64,000 nucleotides of DNA from Felis catus (lineage: Eukaryota): contig NC_058369.1 in the NCBI RefSeq assembly GCF_018350175.1, positions 5,210,001-5,274,000 on the forward strand, read 5' to 3'. This document shows positions 12,343-23,297 of the stretch, piece after piece. Each line of letters begins with the position of its first letter. Position 1 is the stretch's first letter. Made by a program: the position numbers and the translations under genes. The notes below the pieces were generated by a model. The model made no database searches and was not told the DNA's origin. It was given only the letters and a program-made list of their open reading frames with translations.

Positions 12343-12772
12343 AGATCTTTCTTACTGCCAGTATGCTATGAAGCAACATTTGAGGAAAGCAGATACCTAC
12401 GGGAGCCTTCTCTGAAGTCTCTTCCCGGCTTAATGTGCAGATGTGGGATCCTGCCAGCCCCAGCACTCTCTGGGAAGCCAGAATTTCTGTTTCAGATTAT
12501 CAGTTCTGCTCTTTGAGTTCCCAGAGTTTTGTGGAAGCCACAGATCCCAGTGCAATGGCATGACCAAGATTATTGGGCTACCATTTTGTTTTCTCCTAAA
12601 TTCATTGTTGTATGGCTCCTAGTGTACTTCTCCCGCACCCATCATGTGCCTGACACAGAGCAGCCCTCCATAAATTATTTGTCATATGACTGACCGACTT
12701 AGCCTTTGACAAAGATTCCTGCTGCTCTTAAAGAAACAGTCAGTATCATGGTAATGGTGGCCCCAGGGTATG

Positions 12773-12778
12773 AATAAA
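12773..12778 (+). terminator. Probable ADGRE1 polyadenylation signal AATAAA
   Basis: First canonical AATAAA downstream of the stop codon, followed by T-rich sequence (tacttttttgtac). Confidence 0.7.
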
Positions 12779-13071
12779 ACACTTAGACCTATAGACTACT
12801 TTTGTACAAACACTTCCAAGAGCCCTGTTGGTGAGTAGGAGCTCTGGATGGGGCAGGACCCCAGTGTTTCATGGAGGGTTGCAGTGCTTGATGGCAACAC
12901 CCTTTGGGAAGTGTTTTGGTTTCCTGGAACCTTTCAGGGAACCAACATCTCTCTTCCTTCCAGGAACTTTCTTGGAACTCGTCTAGGATTCACATCGCCA
13001 TCCCACCTTGCCCTCCATCCTCCGTAAAGTCCTGATTGCCAGAGGGAGAAGAGGGAAATAAAAGTTTTAAT

Positions 13072-13793
13072 AAATTTTTTTTTTGAGACAGAAAGAGACA
13101 GAGCATGAACGGGGGAGGGTCAGAGAGAGGGAGACACAGAATCTGAAACAGGCTGTCAGCCCAGAGCCGGACACCGCGGGGCTCGAACCCAAGAACAGGG
13201 AGATCATGACTTGAGTGGAAGTCTGATGCTTAACCCAGTGAGCTACCCAGGCATCCTTCTGCCAGTGCTTTTAATGTATTCCTACTACCCTCAAAGGATT
13301 AGTTTGCAAGGAAATAAACTTATTTTTTTCTTTTGACAACTCAGAATGTTCTCAGTTTTAAAATAAATGTTTATTTATTTTGAGAGAGAGAGAGACAGAG
13401 CGCGAGTGGGGAGGGTCAGAGAGAGGGAGACACAGAATCTGAAACAGGCTCCAGGCTCTGAGCTGTCAGCACAGAGCCCGATGCGGGACTCGAACTCATG
13501 AACCGCGAGATCAGGACCAGAGCCGAAGTCAGACGCTCAACCGACTGAGCCACCCAGGCGCCCCAGGAGATGAAAGTTTTAAATTTTTTTTTTCAACGTT
13601 TATTTATTTTTGGGACAGAGACAGAGCATGAACGGGGGAGGGGCAGAGAGAGAGGGAGACACAGAATCGGAAACAGGCTCCAGGCTCCGAGCCATCAGCC
13701 CAGAGCCCGACGCGGGGCTCGAACTCACGGACCGCGAGATCGTGACCTGAGCCGAAGTCGGATGCTTAACCGACTGAGCCACCCAGGCGCCCC
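13072..13793 (-). mobile_element. Cluster of three minus-strand CAN-SINEs (about 13072-13256, 13360-13564, 13585-13793)
   Basis: Three reverse-complement SINE bodies; the third has a 20-bp direct repeat aggagatgaaagttttaaat at 13565 and 13794. Confidence 0.93.
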
Positions 13794-13826
13794 AGGAGAT
13801 GAAAGTTTTAAATGTAGGTGTCCTCT

Positions 13827-13861
13827 GTGCTCACTTTGGCTGCACATATACTAAAATTGGA
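13827..13861 (+). pseudogene. 3'-truncated U6 snRNA retro-pseudogene (first 35 nt)
   Basis: gtgctcactttggctgcacatatactaaaattgga versus U6 5' end GTGCTCGCTTCGGCAGCACATATACTAAAATTGGA: 3 mismatches, 2 of them at CpG. Flanked by a decayed direct repeat aaatgtaggtgtcc / aaatgtagagtcc. Confidence 0.9.
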
Positions 13862-14761
13862 CCCATGAAATGTAGAGTCCCCCCTTCCATGACCATTCTA
13901 ATACCTCCCGACTCAAAGTGTGGTCTGTGGACCAGATCCATCAGCATCACCTTGTTAGAAACGTAGGATCTCAGGACCCACCTCATATTGGCTGAACCAG
14001 AACTTGCATTTTAATGAACGCCCCAGGGGATTTGTGTTGTACACACGAATGAATGAATGTTCTAGAATATTCTGGAATATTCTTCAGTTTGCCATAATGA
14101 TAGCAGAGCTTGTCCTTAGAACCAGAAAGGGAAGTATCTTCTTGGCTTTTGGACTTTGCATCTGCCATTCCTTCTTCCTAGGACACCTTTCCTCAAAATC
14201 TGGCTAATTTCTACCTTTTCTTGAGCCTCGGTCATCACCTCCATGAAGGAGCATTCTATGAATCTTCTGAAGTAGGATTAGATGTGCCTCTGTGTGTCCC
14301 GAGGGCTTCATGCTTCCTAGCCCTGTATTAAAATTTATCTTTCTCTCCAGCATCTCCAGCTTAAAGTGAGCTCTATAATTACAGGGAATTAGTCTAGTAG
14401 ATTCTCCTTAAGTATGTTGAATGAATGAGCAAATGAATGATTACTCTCTATTTTGAGGGTAAGGAAACTGAGGTTCAGAGAGGTTAAATAACTTTCTCAA
14501 CATCACACAGCCTCAGGTGGCTGAGCTAGGCTGTGAGCTCTTGACCACAGAGCTCCTCTTCCAGACTCCTTGTTCCTCTCCTTCTCTTCCTTTGACCCCA
14601 GAAATTTTTAGTTTGAGGATACAGAGGAAAGACTAGATATTTACTTTGAGTCAAGTAACCACCTAAGATTCAGTTAACTTAGTAATGATCATGTGTTGGA
14701 CAATTTGATAACATTAAATTTGGTTGATGGAGTCTCAGTCTTTATTTTTAATGTTTATTTT

Positions 14762-15206
14762 GGGGCGCCTGGGTGGCTCAGTCGGTTGAGCATCCGACTT
14801 TGGCTCAGGTCATGATCTTGCAGTCCGTGAGTTCCGGCCATGTGTTGGGCTCTGTGCTGACAGCGCAGAGCCTGGAACCTGCTTCGAATTATGGGTCTCC
14901 CTCTCTCTCTCCCCCACTCATGCTCTGTCTCTCTCTCTCTCTCTCTGTCAAAAATAAACAAACATTAAAAAATTTTAATGTTTGTTTTTATTTTTTTTTA
15001 ATTTTTTAACGTTTATTTTATTTTTGAGACAGAGACAGAGTGCTATTGGGGGTGGAGCAGAGAGAGAGGGAGACACAGAATCCGAAGCAGGCTCCAGGCT
15101 CCAAGCCATCAGCACAGAGCCCGACGCAGGGCTCGAACTCATGAACCGTGAGCTCATGACCTGAGCCGAAGTCAGATGTTCAACCGACTGAGCCACCCAG
15201 GTGCCC
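14762..15206. mobile_element. Tail-to-tail CAN-SINE pair (+ about 14762-14972; - about 14990-15206)
   Basis: Outer repeat ggag(t/g)ctcagtcttt at 14729 and 15207; inner repeat ttttaatgttt flanks the + copy. Confidence 0.9.
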
Positions 15207-16469
15207 GGAGGCTCAGTCTTTTATTATTTATGGCAGTCACAGTTTGAGAAGGAAGCTGACACATGAGTTCATCTAACGTAGGTTGGTCTTCAGGGCTTGG
15301 CTTGTCCATAGCGTTGAATACAGAGGCGACAGTTCTAAGGGGTATTGAAGCAAGAGACGGCAGGACTCCTACCCATCACCACTTGCAGTAGGTTGGTCAC
15401 ACCCATGGCGTCAACAGGTGGCCTGTATCTCTTCACACCCCTTCCCCGTTACTTTGTAACCTCTTTCTGCTCTCACTCTGGCTTGGCCTTAACACCTGCT
15501 TTGGTCAAGAGAATGATCAAAGACAGGGGGTTTTGAAATTGGGTGTGCATTCCTTCTTGCTCTCAACATGATTAGTTTTCCTTGTTCTTGCGTCCCTGCC
15601 TCCGCCCTGAGAACATACCCCACTCACCTGCTGGAGGGGTGTGAGAGACATGGAGGAGAGTTACATCATCCCGTTATACCAGCTGGGGCTGTCCTCAGTC
15701 AGCCAGCTGGCTGACTTGTAGCCACGTGAGCCCAGCTAAGATTAGCAGAGCTGTTCAGCCAACCCATAGACTCAGGAGTAGCAAGCAAGTATCATTGCTT
15801 TAAGGCATGGAGTTTCACAAGTGGTTTGCTCTGAAGTGTTATTTGTAGTAATCACCCTTCAAATACAGTAACCAACGGATCATCAACATTTTGTATTTAA
15901 CTGCAACAATTTGGAACCTACGAGAAGAAGGATTTGGGTCTTCATTTCCTCTTCGCTATCAGGACCTATACATTTGTGATGCTTAAAGTTCTTTCTGATA
16001 CAAGACTTGCACAAAGCTTTGTCATTACGACCGTGTTACATGTTGCTCTAAAATACAGTCACCTTAAGGAACCCTATATTTCTAAAGTAAGTAAAAGCTG
16101 TGGATTTCACGGGAAGAATTTTTCTTACCATAAACATCAAGCTACATTTGGTACAGTCCTTTGCCCCCTGCAACTTCATGTACCTCCACTAGAGGGACAA
16201 AAGGGACTCAAAACCTGCACAGTCCTCAGATCCCATAAATATAAAATCCAATCATTCAAGAAATATTTGTTGACCATCTACAGTGTGCTCCCCCCAGAAC
16301 ATTAAAGTAGGTGAAAAACGATTGAAAAACTGAAAAGTTAAGGGTATTAGAGCTGAAAACAGTTTAAACATTTAAATTTTGCCCAAACCAGAATTTATTA
16401 AAATTTTACTTTCTTGGTTTTAAGGGAAGTAAACTCAATAATATTTCCAAAAATCAAAGTACACTAAGT

Positions 16470-16680
16470 GGGGGGGGGGGGTAGGTGGCTCAGTCGGTTG
16501 AGTCTCTGACTTCGGCCCAGGTTATGCTCTCACGGTTCGTGGGTTCGAGCCCCTCATCAGCACAGAGCCTGCTTCAGATTATCTGTCTCTCTCTCTCTCT
16601 CTCTCTGCTCCTCCCCCGCTCACATTTTTTCTCTCTCTCTCAAAAATAAAACATTTGAAGAAAATTTTTAAATAAGTAAG
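16470..16680 (+). mobile_element. CAN-SINE
   Basis: SINE head, (CT)n, A-rich tail. Confidence 0.88.
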
Positions 16681-18418
16681 TAAAAAGTACATTAAGAAAA
16701 TGTATGTAAGGGCACACATTTTTCTCTTTGGCCTCTGGTTCCATTATGACCAGGCACAGTACTGGGTATTCTGGATGCTTATCATGGGTTTTCTTGTACT
16801 GACCCTTGTTGTTTTCAAATGTTGCGTTGTAGTATTTCTCTTGATTCCTGAAGGGATTCCCTTCTTTAAAACTGCGCTGAGATGAGTGCTGTCTTCTCCT
16901 CATGTTTGTGCTGGCCCTGACTGTGACCTGACCATGTGGGGGCCAGATTTATAGCTAGTTTCTCAAGAAATGGGATGTCTTTGGCACACTTTGCTTAAAA
17001 ACACTTGATTATTAATAATACTCTGTTAGTCACACCTGCCTGTATGTAAAGGGAAAGCCATAATGTGACCATGAAAGCTGTCTCATGCCTACCCCAGGGT
17101 GACCTAGAACAGGTATGCCTATGGTATTGTGAAATATTTATTATTTGTTTTGCACTTGTCACATTGTTAACATCTTTTCAGCTCATCAAGCCTTTTTAAA
17201 AGGCTTTTGTGTTGATGGTTGTATGGTTATCTGTGGTATACAGGTGTCATCATGTATTTGATCTGAGCTCTGTCATCTCCAAGTTTTGAGTATAAACAAT
17301 GTTTTAAGGAAGGTCTTTGAGCTAAATTTAAAATGGTCTACTATTTAAGTGTTTTTAAGGGTTACTAGCAGGTTGTGCGTGGAAAGAAGCTTGTATGTCT
17401 TCCTTAATGTCTGGTTAAAAAAAAAAAAACATAACTGTCCCAAAGCCATCAAAACGTTCCCAAACCATCAAAAAAGCCATTAGAAACACAGTAATTTGAA
17501 GTTTACTTAGGGTGTACCCATAGAGAAGCTTTCTGTCATCACTTCTGAGTCATCTGGTCACCTCCCTGCCTTAACCTTTCCATTCTATTGTGCTAAGGCT
17601 ATCAACTTTGGTCTGTTATAATCAGATGTTCACGTGTTTTGTCTCTATCCTATGAGTCCCTTGTCTGATTTATCTCTGTATGCCTATGACCCAGCAGAAG
17701 ATTGGGCTCACAGATCAAATCTACAATGTTTGTTGAGTGAATGCACCAGGAGAGTGTTGCGTCTGCTCCACAGTAACAGGACAGTGTTCTGATATTCTGG
17801 CCTCTGAAGGACAAGTTCTCTGGGTTTTCCAAATCATTTCCTGCTCTTGCCCAACAACTAAAACAGGACCCTTTTATGCTTCCAGTAACAACAATTCCAT
17901 GCTAATTCCATTACTAGCGCTATTTCTAAAATGACAATAGGTGACTTAGGGAAGGTTTCCTAAAAGCAGAGCCTGAGACAAGGATTTTGGTGTCCATGAT
18001 TTACTGAGGGAGTGCTCTGAGAAGAGAGAAAGGGAGGGAAGCAGGATGTGGTAGGAGAGGGACCTGGGTTCAGCCCAATCCCACATTGAGCTCTGATGCC
18101 TGTATTGCACCTCAGGGTTGGCCCCCCTTTGAGGCAAGGTGCCCAGCCTTTCATGCCCCTGTGTCTGTCAGTCACTGGCTGTGTGCTGCTCTCCTGGTGG
18201 GGGGAAGGTGCTTTATAGCTCCTGTTTGGCTCAGGCCAATGTGGAGAAAGGACAGCTGGCCTAAAAAAGGAGATTAAGGACAGACATCAACAATATCGAC
18301 CACTTCCCCCCAACCCCATGACCATCAAATATAAAAAAGAAAGTTGGATCAATCACTTCGATACTTGCTCAGCTCATTTTAATGAGATTTTGAACTGCAT
18401 TTCAAAAGGTTTGTTTCA

Positions 18419-18861
18419 GGGGCGCCTGGGTGGTACAGTCGGTTAAGCGTCCGACTTCAGCCAGGTCACGATCACGTGGTCCGTGAGTTCGAGCCCCGCG
18501 TCAGGCTCTGTGCTGACAGCTCGGAGCCTGGAGCCTATTTCGGATTCTGTGTCTCCCTCTCTCTGACCCTCCTCCGTTCATGCTCTGTCTCTCTGTCTCA
18601 AAAATAAATAAGCATTAAAAAAAAAATTTTGGGGGGGCGCCTGGGTGGCGCAGTCGGTTAAGCGTCCGACTTCAGCCAGGTCACGATCTCGCGGTCCGTG
18701 AGTTCGAGCCCCGCGTCAGGCTCTGGGCTGATGGCTCGGAGCCTGTTTCCGATTCTGTGTCTCCCTCTCTCTCTGCCCCTCCCCCGTTCATGCTCTGTCT
18801 CTCTCTGTCCCAAAAATAAATAAAAAAGGTTGAAAAAAATTAAAAAAAAAAAAACAAAACA
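18419..18861 (+). mobile_element. Two tandem young CAN-SINEs inside one TSD
   Basis: 16-bp TSD caaaaggtttgtttca at 18403-18418 and 18862-18877 encloses both copies. Confidence 0.93.
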
Positions 18862-21019
18862 CAAAAGGTTTGTTTCAAATGATGCTGCAGCTGCTTAGAC
18901 TTTCTGGTAAAACTTTCCACTTACTAAAAGATCTTAGGGATTGCTTATTTTACCATTGTCATTTGGCTTTATTGAGCCTAGAATTTAATCGTGTCTACAT
19001 TTCCAAATATGACAAAACATATCAAGTGCTTTCATCTTTAAAAAAAAAATAAGAAAAGCTTTAGAAGGAGACATTTCTACTGCTTATCCGGGGAGGGGGG
19101 GACGCTTTCTCTCTGAAATCCTGTAACGTACAGCATGAGAGACTTTCCTCCCTGAATATTACCTCACTTTATAATCAGTACCCAGTCTTGGTTACGTCTC
19201 ATTTCCATGACCTTATTTCATAAGTAATTTCCAACTGTGATAAAACTGTCTGTGCGGTTTGAAATTCTCAAGCAGCCTCTGCCTGTACTATAAACATGGG
19301 CTGGCTCGGTTTACATATCTAGCTTTTTGACCACAGATCGTCTTTCTTCCTCTTCCCCATTTCTCAGAAAATTCCTCCTCGGGAGTTTTTGGGTGCTGCT
19401 AAAGTGACTTCTGGTCTCTGCTCAGGATGTTTTTCTCCCATCTTTCTCTACTTCGACCTCCTCGTCCAAGTTCCTCATAGGCTTTACCCAAGTATCTGTT
19501 CTGCCTGTCACAGCGATCCACCCCCGTGCCAAGTGCAGTCCACAGAATGCTGAGATTCATCCTGACCTGTGCTGTAGGAAGCATATATTCTCTCCCCCGG
19601 CGTGGGGCTGTCATTGTCTCCTGGGCCCCAGAGCTGTTCTACTTGGGCACAGAGTCACTTCTGACCCATAAACATGGCACCATCTAGCTGCCTCATTCTA
19701 TCTCTTCACTTAAAGGACCTCCAAGTACCCACATAGGTCTGCTGGACACACAGTACTCTCCACCTTTGTGTCTTCTTTTTGCCTCCTAGAGGATTCTTCT
19801 CAAAACCCCCATGCATATCCATTCGCACAGGTAGGTGTTGTGGAGGTATTATTATGGTATATCCCAATTGTTTGCCAAAAGCATCTAAATTCTACGTCTC
19901 GTCCAGCCCAAACACCCAAGAAGTCATAGATAAGAAAACTCAGGAGTCTTGGAGATGTTAAAGAATTTGTGCAATGTCATTTATTCGTCTTACAAATATT
20001 TATTAAGTCTCCACTCTCTAGAGACTGGGGCTATGATACTAAGCAAGACGTACATTGCCTTTCCTTTCATGGAATTTACATTCTGATGACAGGGAGAGAT
20101 TCAACAAATGAGAAAGTGAAATATTTGAAATCTTTATTTTTTTCACTTGTCACACTGCAGACATCTTTTCAATGCATCAAATTTTTTAGTTTTTATTTTT
20201 CTGAGTGGGCTGGATGTCTTCTGTTGATCCCTCCAAATGCATCCAGTTGTCTGCCTAGAATGCTGACGCCTTTGGAGAATGATGATAAACTTCCTTGGCT
20301 ACTGGCTTCCTGTTGGTTTTAGCCAATGGGAAACACCAACAGATATCAGGAAAAGGGAGGAGAGTGAGGTCAGAGTATTTGTTCTCTTAGCTCTTTTCCT
20401 GCAGGTCACCATGGGCTGTCTGTCCCTTGAATGAAGAACAGAGCTCCATGAGCTGGTACACTAAGTCTCATCAATCACAATTTCTTACTCCATGTCCATG
20501 CTTAAATTTTCTCAAAAGCTTTACATGTGTAATTCTGAAGCCTCTGAAGCCTATCCTGTGATTTTATTTGCACATAAAATAAAAGAATTTAGAAAGCTTC
20601 AGTTATGAAATTTAGGGAATTAATATTCATCGTTGTTTGCACGTCCTGCTTTCCCCACACACTGTGATCACCACATGATCACCATAAAGATAGGACAAAA
20701 GGCCAGTGTTGTCTGGATTTTATGGAAAATGAGGCCCAACAAATCCATGGGTAGGAATATGATTTTGCCAAAATCCAAACACGTTCAACCAGGTTCCCTG
20801 TTTAAACTTGAATGGGACCAGTAATATCTTCCTTTCTTCATTTTTTATTGAGATTAAAATCACATAACATAAAATTCACATTTCAACTGTTTTTTAAAGC
20901 GTATAATTCAAGGGCTTTTACGACAGTCAAAATGTGTCACTGCCACCCTGCAGGGCCACGTTAAACCATCTCTGGTGGCAAGCACATTTGGCATGACAGG
21001 TTTGTTTGAAACAAAAGTA

Positions 21020-21352
21020 ACAGTACTTTCGACACAGGGTTTAGGGGCACTGACCCCCACGCAGTCGAAAATCTGTGTATATCTTCTGACTCCTCAAAAT
21101 CATGACTATTAACAGCCTATTGTTGACTGGAAGCCTTCCTGATAACATAAATAATCGATTACCACATATTCTGTATGTTATATACATTAGAGACCACATT
21201 CCTACCATAAAGTAAGCTAGAGAAAAGAAAACATTAAGAAAATCATAATGAAAATACATCTACAGTATTGTACTGTATTTATATCTAGAAAAAAAATCTG
21301 TGTGTAAATGGACCCACGCAGTTCAAAGCTATGTCGTTTCCAAGGTCGACTG
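21020..21352. mobile_element. Tigger2/MER8-like DNA transposon fossil (TcMar-Tigger)
   Basis: Recognised from recalled consensus segments (ggtttaggggcactgacccccacgcagtcgaaaatc ... ggacccacgcagttcaaa...caaggtcgactg). Confidence 0.7.
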
Positions 21353-21600
21353 CGTATTCCAAGGGCAAGGTTCGGTTGCTTTCCAGGGAACCAGGTGCTG
21401 ACCAGGACTGTTTCAGCGTTAAGTCCAGGCTGCTGTTCTGATGCGACACAAACACGGCTCTGCTTGGTTCTTGTGTCCTGTTCCTGCAGGGTGGAGGGCC
21501 TCACCGTGTTTTGTATTTCCAGTCAACGCTCCTATGGACTACCACCATTTCAAAGTATGGGAAGTTTGCAGAGAAACAACTGTTTTAAAATGACAGGCAC

Positions 21601-22750
21601 AGGGGCGCCTGGGTGGCTTGGTTGGTTGGGCATCCGACTTCGGCTCAGGTCATGATCTCATGGTCCGTGAGTTCGAGCCCCGCGTCGGGCTTTGTGCTGA
21701 CAGCTCAGAGCCTGGAGCCTGTTTCAGATTCTGTGTCTCCCTCTCTCTCTGCTCCTCCCCAGTTCATGCTCTGTCTCTCTCTGTCTCAAAAATAAATAAA
21801 AGTTAAAAAAAATTAAAAATAAAATAAAATAAAATGACAGTCACAAAGGGGTGCCTGGCTAGCTCAGTCAGAAGAACATGTGACTCTTAATCTCAGGGTC
21901 ATGAGTTCAAGCCCCACCTTGGGCATGGAGCCTACTTAAAAAAAAAAAATTGAAGAGCACTGGGTGGTATATATAAGTGATGAATTACTGAATTCTACTC
22001 CTAAAACCAATATTGCACTGTATGTTAGCTAATTAAACTTTAAATTGAAAAAAAAAAAAACAGGGTGCCTGGGTGGCTCAGCCAGTTAAGGGTCCAACTC
22101 TTGATTTCTGCTCAGGTCATGATATCACGGGTTAGTGGGTTTGAGCCCCACATCAGGCTCTGTGCTGACAGTGTGGAGCCTGCTGGGGTTCTCTCTCTCC
22201 CTCTCTCTCTGCCCCTCCCCTGCTTGCTCTCTCTCTCTCTCTCCTCAAAAATAAATAAACTTTAAAAAACTGCTTAAATGAAAAAAAACAAAAAATAAAG
22301 ACTTTAAAAAACTAGCAGTGGTTAAACGGCAGCAAAAGGGGAAGTGGCATTAATGTTTTGTGCTTCAGGTCTACATGTTGGTAAAGGATGATGTTTCCTT
22401 CTTTGCTTGAAATGTGGCTTCCCCTTGCAAGACAGTTAATAAGAAAGACTTGGCTTCTGGTTAGAATGAGTAGAGCCATTGTATTTGCTAGATCACCAGC
22501 TCATTATGAGAGGATATAGGGGCCCCTGGGTGGCTCAGTTGGTTAAGCATCCAACTTCTGCTCAGGTCATAGTCTCATGGTCCATGAGTTCAAGCCACCC
22601 CGCCTCCCCTGCATCAGGCTCTGTACTGACATCTCAGAGCCTGGAGCCTGCTCCAGATTCTGTGTCTCCCTCACTCTCTGCCCCTCCCTTGCCTTGCTCG
22701 CACTGTTAATTTCTGTCTATCAAAAATAAACATTAAAAATTTTTTAAAAA
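21601..22750 (+). mobile_element. SINE cluster: four + strand CAN-SINEs (starting about 21601, 21848, 22062, 22519) plus a short L1 3' tail (about 21955-22060)
   Basis: Repeated SINE heads and A tails; L1 3' UTR motif aattctactcctaaaaccaatattgcactgtatgttagct. Confidence 0.85.
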
Positions 22751-23297
22751 GAAAGGATATAACTCAGGAGCATCTGGACAGAAGAGATGCACAGGGTGAG
22801 ATGTGGGGAAGGGATACAGCGTTTCCCCACCCTCTGCAGGTGCACCACCAAGCTCCCCAAATCCCCACGTGTTCACCAACTTGGAAGCTCCCTGTACCCC
22901 ATCGTTTTGGGTTTTTATAAGGGCTTCATTACACAAGCATGCTCGATCAAATCGTTGTGGGCTGGTGGTTGAATGCAATCTCCAGCCCCTCTCTCCTCCC
23001 AATAGGTTGGGGGATGGGACTGAAAATTCCAACCCTCTATTTTGGTGGGTTCCCCCTGGCAACCAGCCCCCATCCTTAGGTGATTTTCAAAAGTCACCTC
23101 ATTAGCTTAAACCCAGTTGTGGTGACAAGGTTCTTGTTATGAATAACAAGACACCCATATCAGTGTCTACGAATATAACAAAAGATGTTCCCATTGCTTT
23201 TACTGCTCAGGAAATTCCAAGGGTTTTTTAGGAGCTCTGTGCCAGAAACAGGAGGAAGCCCAAGTATATATTTCTTATTACAAATCACAATGTCACA
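22440..23297 (-). mobile_element. MER21-like solo LTR, interrupted by a SINE
   Basis: Minus strand begins TGTGACATTGTGATTTGTAATAAGAAATATATAC and is visibly homologous to the LTR at 32257-33053. Left boundary approximate. Confidence 0.7.

Noticed and set aside
16700..16885. Hydrophobic 61-aa ORF (VFKCCVVVFLLIPEG) faintly like a class C or vomeronasal receptor TM7
   Set aside because: Only a KC...PE coincidence; no other receptor motifs or exon structure, and T-rich composition explains the hydrophobicity.
21380..21560. CpG-retaining unique stretch with two acceptor-like sites
   Set aside because: No convincing donor pairing or ORF with homology; not enough to call an exon or a regulatory element.
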